Source: a virus. From it: DNA of 64,000 nucleotides. Position numbers and translations under genes: made by a program. The notes beneath the pieces are model-generated. The model was given only the letters and a program-made list of their open reading frames with translations. It was not told the origin of the DNA and searched no databases. Within the stretch, counting starts at the first letter, position 1. Each line of letters opens with the position of its first letter. This document shows, piece after piece, positions 28,601 to 35,162 of the stretch. The stretch lies in the IMG/VR virus record IMGVR_UViG_3300012683_000008, positions 15,798 through 79,797 of that record; one strand, written 5' to 3'.

Positions 28601-31600
28601 GAGCTTCAGGTGCAGCAAGGTCGGAACCGGACCTGGTCGGTTGCCGGCGCCCACGAAGATGGGAGACGGCATCGGCTCCGCCATGCGGATGAAGGACCAC
28701 TTCTCGCCCTCGATCCCGCCCGTGGCGTGAGGGTCGTAGAGACCACCCTTCTCTTCCTTCAGGTCCTTCGCACGGAGGGTGTACTTGCCCTTGGTGATTT
28801 CGTTCTTGCCGTTGTTGGCGAGACGAAGAGTGTCCTTGTCCGTGAGAGGCAAGAGACGGATCTCCGTCCCCTCCTTCTGCACGTTGATGCCTGAGCCTTT
28901 GAGCAGCGCCTCGAACTTCTTGTACGAGAACGGGACCTGAGGAGGAGGCGGCTCGAACCCCTGCTGGATGCGGACCCAGAAAGAGTCGTCCTGCTTGTCG
29001 GACTTGTACGTCGCCATCTCTCGAACGTTGTGCCGAGCTCCGTGTCCCAGCATCGAGTAGAGCTCAAGCTGGCCGAAGCCCTGCCCACCGTGGGCACCGC
29101 CCTTCACCGGCTGACGATCGAGGCTGTAGGTCAACGGCTTGTTGTCGAGTGTCGTGCCACCGCCACGAACGCTGAGCTTCTTCTCGACCTGGTGACGCAG
29201 CTTCAACAGGTACTGCGGCCCGACCAGGACCGAGCCCATCACCCTCGACGGGTCCTTCGGGTCGAAGACGTGCTCTTCATCGTTGATGCCGTGGTGCTTG
29301 AGCTCATCAACAACCTGAGAACGGTAGTCGTGGTTCGGTCCTGAGAAGTTGTTGACGACATACGGCTTGCCCGTCTTCTCGGCGATCTTTCCGGCGGCGG
29401 TCTCCAGAAGTTGTCCGACGTTGATGCGTGTAGGAACTCCTGAAGGGTTGAGAAGAACTTCGAGGGGCTTGTGCTCACCTTTGGGATCCTTCGTGAACGG
29501 CATCTCGTGATCGGGAATGATCTGCGTGATGATGCCCTTGTTTCCGTGACGACCAGAGAGCTTGTCTCCGACCACCATCTGCTCTTCGGTCCTGACGTAG
29601 ACCTTCACGCCCTTGCCGTTCGGCTGATGAACGACTCGAACCACCTCGCCCATGTGGTCCTCGTCCCAGACGAGGCTCTTGTCCTTGTAGGCGAAGAACT
29701 TGTTGTAGCGAGAGCCGAGGGCCGCCAAGGCGCTGCCGCCCTTGGTGTTGGTGTTCTTGGACAGGGCAGTGATCAGCACTGAACCAGGCTTCACCTTCGT
29801 GCCGACCTTGATGACACCGTGCTCGTCGAGAGAGTCGAACTCCTCTTTCGTCATCTCCGTCGCCCGACGGGAGGCGAAGGCGTGCCAGGACTTCTTGTTG
29901 ACCGTATCGTTGTCCGGATCGATCTCCAGGTTCTTCCGGTACAGGTGCTCGGAGGTCAGCTTCTTGGCTGCCGTCTCTGAGATGACGATGCCGTCTTCGA
30001 AGTTGTAGCCCTTGTACGGCATGTACCCGACCCGGAGGTTCGTTCCGATCGCGAGCTGGCCGTCTCTGGTGAAGTTCGTATCGGCCAGGAGCTGGCCTTG
30101 CTTCACCGAGTCTCCGACCTTCACCTGGGGAGTCGAGTGCATCATCCCCTTGTCGTCGTTGAGCGGGAAGTGGTTGTAGAGGTGGACTTCGTGCTTGCTC
30201 TTCCCCTCGCCGATGACGATGAAGTTCGGGGTCACGCTGGTGACCTTGCCGGAGACTGGAGAGTTGATGGAGCTGAACGAGCCGATGACCTTCTCGAAGG
30301 TGCTGGCTCCTTCCGTCTTTGATTGCACCAGTGGCGCCTCACGATGCTTCAGTGAGATGGCCTGCTCCATCTGCTTGTCGGCCATCGACACACGGTTTCC
30401 TTGGTCGGTTGGTAGGAAGGGAATGAGGTTCGAGGTGTAGTCGAAGAGACCCTTGGCCGAGGGAAGGACGTACGTCGCCTCCTTGAACGGCCGGGTCTCG
30501 ATGGCCCCGCCTGGAAGCTTCATCTTAACGTTGGCGGAGATGGGTACTGGCTTGCCCTTCTCCCACTTCACCTGGTCAGGAAGCACAGCAGACGCCTGGT
30601 GAAACGCTGGCACCCCCACGTACTCGATCTTGCCGGAGGCGATGGAGAAGGCGGGTGTCTCCAGCTCCTTGCCGTTCTTCCGAACGTTGGCTGCCAGGTA
30701 GAGCGTGATGCCTGTGCGCTCTGACTCCGGGGTGTGCATCGGGTCGAGGAACCCGAAGTGGCTCGGGTTGATGACCTGCATCTGCTCGGTGATGGCGTTC
30801 TTGTTCTTGATACCGCCGAGGTCAGAGAAGAGCGTCGTCTTCCGGTGACCCGCCATCATCTGGAGCGGGTTGGTCTGGTCGTACCGCTCGATGATCTTGG
30901 TGCCGCCGCTGAGGAAGAAGGCGTTGATGGGCTTCTTGAACAGGTCAGGAGAGACGATCTCCGTGATGGTCTTCTTGTGGTCGACCGTCTGACGCAGCTT
31001 CACCTTGATGTTCTTGGCGTTCCTCGCCAGCATCTCGGGAACGAAGTCCTCGACAGAGACGACCTCCTTGAAGGCGAGGCTGTCACGGTCATCCGGCTCC
31101 TGGGTGCCACGAGAGACGCCCAGAATCTTGTTGGCTGCCAACTTGAGCACTTCGCCGTTCACCTGAGTGAAGGGCTTGCCCAGCGTCACCTTCGTGGTGT
31201 CAGGAAGCAGGGCCGTGCTGTCGAAGAAGTGGTGAACGTAGGCGTGGTGACCGGCGTCGTCCTTCGGTACCTCAGCGTCCTCTTCGTTCGTCCTCTTGAA
31301 GAAGTCCTGAAGAGCCTTCTCGTTCTTCTTGTCGAACTTGTTGGAGTGGAAGATCTCCGCTCCCCACTGGTGCTCCAGCTCGTCGTCCGAGACGCCCATC
31401 GACTTCATGATGGGGTAGAGCGGAATGTGAGCTGAGCCGTACTTGAACGAGAACTTCTTCGTGCGAGGGTTCAGGTGGATGGAGAAGTTGCTGCCCAGCT
31501 TGCGAGCCAAGTTGAACTCAGATTCGAGCTCGCCGTTCTCCTGCACTCGGGCGTAGACGCCTGACTTGAGGCGGAAGAGGTGGTCGACCTGGTACTCGTT

Positions 31601-31912
31601 GCCGCTGACGATGAAGCCGTAGCGGCTGGTGAGCTTCGGAATGGTGGCCAGTGTGGCCTTCTTCTTGTCGATGACCTGCCCTGTCGTCTTGTCGATGAGA
31701 GACAGGTTGGCGACGACCGGCACGCCCCAGGTGCGCTCGTTGTCCTTGGCGTCGGCCTGGGACTTGATGTCACCGATGTCGAGCTTGTCGTCGACTCCGA
31801 TGCTGTCGAGAACGATCTTCTGTCGCTTGCCCTCGAACGGGAAGTACGCACCGATGGAGCTGACGACGTTCTTCTTCAGCGTCTCGAAGCTTGCTTCTGG
31901 GGTGATGTCCAC
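25673..31912 (-). CDS. rpoBC: Single-chain DNA-directed RNA polymerase, fused beta-beta' subunits (2079 aa)
   Basis: beta motifs DQTNPL, HTPE, YNFEDGIVISE, GDKLSGRHGNKG, LLNPSGVPTRINVGQ, GGQGFGQLE; beta' motifs LPIIPPVFRP, KRDPALH, NADFDGD (27680-27700), SGARG, GARKG, DCGT, RSPLKC..ICAKC, GEPAVQMAMDAFHSGG. Confidence 0.95.
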   Translation of the reverse strand: MDITPEASFETLKKNVVSSIGAYFPFEGKRQKIVLDSIGVDDKLDIGDIKSQADAKDNERTWGVPVVANLSLIDKTTGQVIDKKKATLATIPKLTSRYGFIVSGNEYQVDHLFRLKSGVYARVQENGELESEFNLARKLGSNFSIHLNPRTKKFSFKYGSAHIPLYPIMKSMGVSDDELEHQWGAEIFHSNKFDKKNEKALQDFFKRTNEEDAEVPKDDAGHHAYVHHFFDSTALLPDTTKVTLGKPFTQVNGEVLKLAANKILGVSRGTQEPDDRDSLAFKEVVSVEDFVPEMLARNAKNIKVKLRQTVDHKKTITEIVSPDLFKKPINAFFLSGGTKIIERYDQTNPLQMMAGHRKTTLFSDLGGIKNKNAITEQMQVINPSHFGFLDPMHTPESERTGITLYLAANVRKNGKELETPAFSIASGKIEYVGVPAFHQASAVLPDQVKWEKGKPVPISANVKMKLPGGAIETRPFKEATYVLPSAKGLFDYTSNLIPFLPTDQGNRVSMADKQMEQAISLKHREAPLVQSKTEGASTFEKVIGSFSSINSPVSGKVTSVTPNFIVIGEGKSKHEVHLYNHFPLNDDKGMMHSTPQVKVGDSVKQGQLLADTNFTRDGQLAIGTNLRVGYMPYKGYNFEDGIVISETAAKKLTSEHLYRKNLEIDPDNDTVNKKSWHAFASRRATEMTKEEFDSLDEHGVIKVGTKVKPGSVLITALSKNTNTKGGSALAALGSRYNKFFAYKDKSLVWDEDHMGEVVRVVHQPNGKGVKVYVRTEEQMVVGDKLSGRHGNKGIITQIIPDHEMPFTKDPKGEHKPLEVLLNPSGVPTRINVGQLLETAAGKIAEKTGKPYVVNNFSGPNHDYRSQVVDELKHHGINDEEHVFDPKDPSRVMGSVLVGPQYLLKLRHQVEKKLSVRGGGTTLDNKPLTYSLDRQPVKGGAHGGQGFGQLELYSMLGHGARHNVREMATYKSDKQDDSFWVRIQQGFEPPPPQVPFSYKKFEALLKGSGINVQKEGTEIRLLPLTDKDTLRLANNGKNEITKGKYTLRAKDLKEEKGGLYDPHATGGIEGEKWSFIRMAEPMPSPIFVGAGNRPGPVPTLLHLKLEDIDAIMAGKQDLNGKTGGAAIKSALQKLDVDAELRGAKERLKTVKGAQLDRLHKKVKFLTALKENGMSPAEAYMTHYLPIIPPVFRPMTPTDRGDVNTPPIVQHYKNFAIVNQALKDWDPAVFTESDRKPLQSALWDAYKALQAVGDYRPVYDESSGRRKLKGILETLGGSGEGDQPKDAYFQSKLVKRRQNLSIRSTIIPEPNLHIDQVGLPKNAAMELYKPFVVAQLGRWGMDPLVARKEMKDGTDFAFKALEEVVKDRPILLKRDPALHKFSVMAFQPKLIEGKAIQIHPLVTGGFNADFDGDTMAGTVPLSREAVDEAKKMFPSRNLFSPTTGSVMYTPSQEAMLGLHLMSKWGKKTTKSFTDGAGVDRAADKHEIEHTDIIKLNGKDTTLGRMRIAAWLPKTMHMREGVLHDPSYEINKKTMSHMATDLAKNHSEHFAQAIDALKDLGNEHSYQTAFSIGLKDLKPLEGRDRILAVAHKEADQAKKTVKGKDELDAKLVSIYSKATEELDASARHQLAGTSNRLATMVYSGARGKPEQLRQMIAAPMLMQDATNRTIPTPVTRSYSEGLDIGDYWLAQHGARKGTLQRAQGTSEPGAMSKEILNSTMNYLITSEDCGTTHGVLMPLEHEDIHDRFLAKPYETKDGKVIKAGTLVTPEIWSRLKNSKHDKVVVRSPLKCHKGEGICAKCFGLNENGTLHSEGTNVGILAGQSMGEPAVQMAMDAFHSGGIAGSTRGAMSVSRFEKLNNLLKVPKKLKNEATLSKVTGKVTDIKKDAAGGHDIFIGDERHYVPVKLPLMVQIGSEVKKGDAISEGHVNPLHLLKYTDMSNVQNHLTNELYNGLYKKEGVRRRNIETVVRALTNLTKVVEPGDSDYTPGDIIALSKVEERNREMAKGARQVVHRPMLQSVNQLPMRSKDWMARLNFQQIRSTLQEGVATNMKSDLHGTHPIPGVAYGAEFGKAPPSKAKYVY

Positions 31913-31963
31913 GTTGTGCCCTTACCCTGCGCCAGGTGAGGAAGTCACGATCGACCAGACCCT

Positions 31964-31982
31964 ACCCTTGCGCAGCAAGGGT
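31964..31982. repeat. Perfect inverted repeat ACCCTTGC-gca-GCAAGGGT between divergent transcription units
   Basis: Seen directly; possible operator or hairpin. Confidence 0.5.
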
Positions 31983-32027
31983 CCTCAGGCCCGTCGGCAG
32001 GGTACATGAAAACAGACTCTTGCCCAA

Positions 32028-32035
32028 GGTATAAG
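32028..32035 (+). promoter_or_regulatory. GGTATAAG motif
   Basis: 40 nt upstream of the first gene of the 32-34.5 kb island. Confidence 0.55.
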
Positions 32036-32074
32036 GTCAGAGTCGTAGAGTAACAGCTCTGCGACGGAGGGATC

Positions 32075-32227
32075 ATGGGACCAGACGACAAAGATGAAGA
32101 GAAGCCGAAGTCGCAGTCCGAGATGTTCGAAAAGGAACGCAACGATGCGTTCTTCAGTCATCTCGATGGGGAGAAGAAAGAAGACGAAGAGGAAGAGGAG
32201 AAGAAGCCGGCAGAGGAACCGAAGTGA
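32075..32227 (+). CDS. Small acidic protein (50 aa)
   Basis: GGAGG RBS; MGPDDKDEEK...NDAFFSHLDG...EEPK; not in ORF track. Confidence 0.6.
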   Translation: MGPDDKDEEKPKSQSEMFEKERNDAFFSHLDGEKKEDEEEEEKKPAEEPK

Positions 32228-32325
32228 AGATCTTCCTGCTGGGAATACTGATCCGAGTCCTCCAGTACGTCGTGTGGACTCTCCACGTCGAGTACCAACG
32301 TCTCTCAGGGATGACCCTGAACTGA
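32224..32325 (+). CDS. Small hydrophobic peptide (33 aa)
   Basis: GTGA overlap with upstream gene; MKIFLLGILIRVLQYVVWTL. Confidence 0.4.
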   Translation: MKIFLLGILIRVLQYVVWTLHVEYQRLSGMTLN

Positions 32326-32332
32326 GGTCCGA

Positions 32333-32815
32333 ATGCTCGCCTCTTGTCCCATTCTCTTCTTGAGTACGGGTGGCCAGTTAGACAAACGAGGCAGGCCTCT
32401 TTTTACCTTCAACGGAACTGAGATGGTGCCTCTGGGAAATCCAGAGGCACGTCTCAACTGCGATCGAGCGTACGACTGCGGAGTCTGCACCCTGCTCCAC
32501 AGATGGCTCGAAGCCAGAACCGCTGAGGGGTACTCCTTTGGGTGGGAGTGCGACCGCTGCCTCAAGTACACCCTGGAGCTCGACAGGACGAACAACATCG
32601 AGCGCATCGTCACCGGCTACTACCAGGCCGGGAGAAAGTTCGACATCGATCCAGGGGATGAGGCCTTTGATCCCGACAGGCCTGGCCTCGATGGATGCAC
32701 CCACGTTCATGAGTTCGAAGACCCCGAAGTGAACAAACAAGCGGGCGAGAGATGCTGCTGGGAGACTTCCTTCCTGCAACTCGTCCTGCGCAGAAGGAGA
32801 GCGGATGGCCGATGA
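32333..32815 (+). CDS. Cys-rich hypothetical protein
   Basis: 160 aa; several CxxC. Confidence 0.65.
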   Translation: MLASCPILFLSTGGQLDKRGRPLFTFNGTEMVPLGNPEARLNCDRAYDCGVCTLLHRWLEARTAEGYSFGWECDRCLKYTLELDRTNNIERIVTGYYQAGRKFDIDPGDEAFDPDRPGLDGCTHVHEFEDPEVNKQAGERCCWETSFLQLVLRRRRADGR

Positions 32816-33218
32816 AATTCCCCCATACCCGTTCTTCCAACAACCCGACTACGTCCAAGCATTCGAACCGGCTCAGTACCAGCCGGTGCCAGTGCCTCAA
32901 GCTCATGTGGAGTCGCAGAAGAACCTGACCTGCGACTACTGCAAAGAGCCCATCGTCGAAGGCGATGAGGCTATCAATGGGCTCTACGGAACGGCCAGCA
33001 AGGGTAGGAAGAGCGGACGCCTGATGGTGATGCCCGACAAGAACATTCCAGCGGGCGAGTTCAACATTCACATCATCTGCGTCTCAGGGTTCGTCGAAGA
33101 GAACCTGCCCGAGGCTGCGGATGAGATTCGCCAGATGGAGTACGAGCCAGGAGACGAAGAAGCCGAGATCTTCTGCGCCAACTGTGACGCTAAGATCACC
33201 GATGACAACGTCGGCTGA
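32805..33218 (+). CDS. Zinc-finger hypothetical protein
   Basis: CDYC..HIIC..CANC. Confidence 0.65.
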   Translation: MADEIPPYPFFQQPDYVQAFEPAQYQPVPVPQAHVESQKNLTCDYCKEPIVEGDEAINGLYGTASKGRKSGRLMVMPDKNIPAGEFNIHIICVSGFVEENLPEAADEIRQMEYEPGDEEAEIFCANCDAKITDDNVG

Positions 33219-33432
33219 GCCGGTCTGGAAAGAAGACGTCGAGAAGGAAGTGGAGTACCTCGGAGAGGGATCTCGGACCCTCGCTGAGTTCTACCATCGA
33301 CTCAAAGCCCATCAGGCACCTGCCGCACTGCTCGATGAACTAGCAGCAGCGTGGCAGGGCCTTGACGGCTCTCGACGTCGTCTCGAAGCACTGCTGGCGT
33401 GCTTCCCACCAGAACCAAGGACCACAAGATGA
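33202..33432 (+). CDS. Hypothetical protein
   Basis: Start MTTSAEP within overlap chain. Confidence 0.55.
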   Translation: MTTSAEPVWKEDVEKEVEYLGEGSRTLAEFYHRLKAHQAPAALLDELAAAWQGLDGSRRRLEALLACFPPEPRTTR

Positions 33433-33632
33433 GACAGATGTCGGACAAGATGTTCACTGCGGTGGTGATCTCAGCGCTTCTCGCCTTTCTAGGGGCCCTG
33501 GGTTTTCTCATCTGGGCCACAAGGCCAACGGCAGCGAAGTACGAGGAGTGTCGACACTACTGCGCTCGCATGGATGCCCCTTCTTGGCAGTACGGAGCTC
33601 ACGGATGCTTATGCGGAGGACCTACAAATTGA
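33429..33632 (+). CDS. Small membrane protein with Cys-rich tail
   Basis: TM AVVISALLAFLGALGFLIWA; CRHYC..CLC. Confidence 0.6.
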   Translation: MRQMSDKMFTAVVISALLAFLGALGFLIWATRPTAAKYEECRHYCARMDAPSWQYGAHGCLCGGPTN

Positions 33633-33985
33633 GTCGACCAAGCTTACAGAGAGTCAAAGAGTTCTCCGACGGCCTACCTTCATTCGGGAAGGTTCTGCGT
33701 GAGAAACGTGAAGCGAAGAGGATGACCATTCGAGGAACCGGAGAAGCATCCGGCATGGGCGCCTCGGACTGGAGCTACATCGAACACGGCCGCCTCTGGC
33801 CCCAGGAGAAGTACTACGACTTCTTGGCCACGTTCCTCGACACTTCTCCAGCGATGCTGAGGCAGGACATCAAGCGCATTCAGCATGAGCAGGAGCTGTG
33901 GATGAAGAAGTACCAGGACGTCGCGGACTGGCTCAAGAAGATGGGCGAGAACAATGCGGCTATCCGAACGCTTGTCCTCCGCTAG
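33629..33985 (+). CDS. XRE-family HTH transcriptional regulator
   Basis: TTG start after GGAGGA; FGKVLREKREAKRMT...SYIEHGRLWP...LATFLD. Confidence 0.75.
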   Translation: MSRPSLQRVKEFSDGLPSFGKVLREKREAKRMTIRGTGEASGMGASDWSYIEHGRLWPQEKYYDFLATFLDTSPAMLRQDIKRIQHEQELWMKKYQDVADWLKKMGENNAAIRTLVLR

Positions 33986-34208
33986 GGAGAGGTACTGGAA
34001 GCTCAGCGGCTTCTCCCACCCTGAGGCCATTCGGCTCTACAAGCTCACCATCCAGCTTCGAGAGATGCCGGGTGGTGAGTGTCAGGTCATCCGGTTCATC
34101 GACAAAGAGGAACACGAGCGGGTGATCATGGCGCCAATCCACTGGCCGTACGAACACGGAGCTCTCGTGCTGGCACGGGCCAAGAGCTGGAAGGAGCTAG
34201 GACTGTGA
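33954..34208 (+). CDS. Hypothetical protein
   Basis: 84-aa ORF in overlap chain. Confidence 0.55.
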   Translation: MRLSERLSSARERYWKLSGFSHPEAIRLYKLTIQLREMPGGECQVIRFIDKEEHERVIMAPIHWPYEHGALVLARAKSWKELGL

Positions 34209-34450
34209 GGAACTTTCTACGCCGCCTGAGGATCTGGCTGCTCGATCTCAGGTGCCCTGTCTGCTCTCTTGAGCTGGTCGACGAAGCAGGGTCAGCGATT
34301 CACTGTGTCGAAAGGCACTACGTCCGCATCGAGATTCCGATGCAGGGCGGAGGTCTCTGCAAGATCGAACGCTACGACGAAGATGCGGAAGAGAATCTCT
34401 TCGTGTACGGCCACGAATCCTGTGATCATGGAATCGTGGGCTACGTGTAA
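34205..34450 (+). CDS. Hypothetical zinc-ribbon protein
   Basis: GTG start after AAGGAG; CPVC..C..H. Confidence 0.55.
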   Translation: MRNFLRRLRIWLLDLRCPVCSLELVDEAGSAIHCVERHYVRIEIPMQGGGLCKIERYDEDAEENLFVYGHESCDHGIVGYV

Positions 34451-34453
34451 GGG

Positions 34454-34488
34454 GAGAAACGACCGGGCCGGGTCGTTTCTCTTTAGCC
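34454..34488 (+). terminator. Hairpin terminator followed by TTTAGCC
   Basis: GAGAAACGACC-gggccg-GGTCGTTTCTC then TTTAGCC. Confidence 0.75.
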
Positions 34489-34571
34489 TTCGAACCGCAG
34501 CACAACAGGAGAGAGGAAGCTCAGCGTCTGTTCTAGGTCCCTCAACGGTTCCAAGACGCCTTGCTACAAGC

Positions 34572-34838
34572 CTACGTTGCGGAAGGTGCCACTACGGGGT
34601 TGGGCTCTTCATCCGCCCACTTCCAGTAGTTGCCGTGCACCGGAGTCGCACTCTTGTGCGAGACAGACGTGTACCTCTTGATCTGCCTGCCGTAGGGATC
34701 CGTCTCAGCCTCGTTGTCGCTCAGCACGACGACGTTGATGCATGTCGGTCCCCAGACTGCGGTGACCAAGGCGTTGGACGGCTTGCCCACTGGATCCATG
34801 TACTCGACGACACTTCCAACTTTCAGCTCTTTGCTCAT
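34572..34838 (-). CDS. Hypothetical protein
   Basis: MSKELKVGSVVEY..ALVTAVW..CINVVV; AGGAG/GAGG RBS. Confidence 0.65.
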   Translation of the reverse strand: MSKELKVGSVVEYMDPVGKPSNALVTAVWGPTCINVVVLSDNEAETDPYGRQIKRYTSVSHKSATPVHGNYWKWADEEPNPVVAPSAT

Positions 34839-34893
34839 TGCCTCTCTCCTGCGTGCTACTCCGCCCACTATGGGCGGGTAGTTCAGGAATCTC

Positions 34894-35160
34894 TCAGAGA
34901 ATCAGCCCGCGAATCGTGTCCTTGGCGAAGGTCCACAAGAACTGACCCTCGGTCGTCGGGTCAAGCTCCTTCTTGCCTTCGGGACCAGGAGTCGCCTCGT
35001 CCCACTTCTTCTGAACTCTCGCCTGCATCCTCTTGACGGCCTCGAAGACGACGACTGCGGCACGATCTGCCTGGCCGGCGTCAGGAGCGTGACCACGAGT
35101 CTTGATGAGGTCACGGATGTCAGCGAGCATCTTTTCATCTGTGGTGTTCTTGAGTGCCAT
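34894..35160 (-). CDS. Hypothetical protein downstream of portal
   Basis: 88-aa ORF. Confidence 0.6.
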   Translation of the reverse strand: MALKNTTDEKMLADIRDLIKTRGHAPDAGQADRAAVVVFEAVKRMQARVQKKWDEATPGPEGKKELDPTTEGQFLWTFAKDTIRGLIL

Positions 35161-35162
35161 GT

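Noticed and set aside
25673-31912. Host chromosomal rpoBC or an intein-containing RNAP
   Set aside because: Flanked by spike and phage genes rather than ribosomal protein genes, much shorter than cellular beta+beta', and no intein splice motifs noticed
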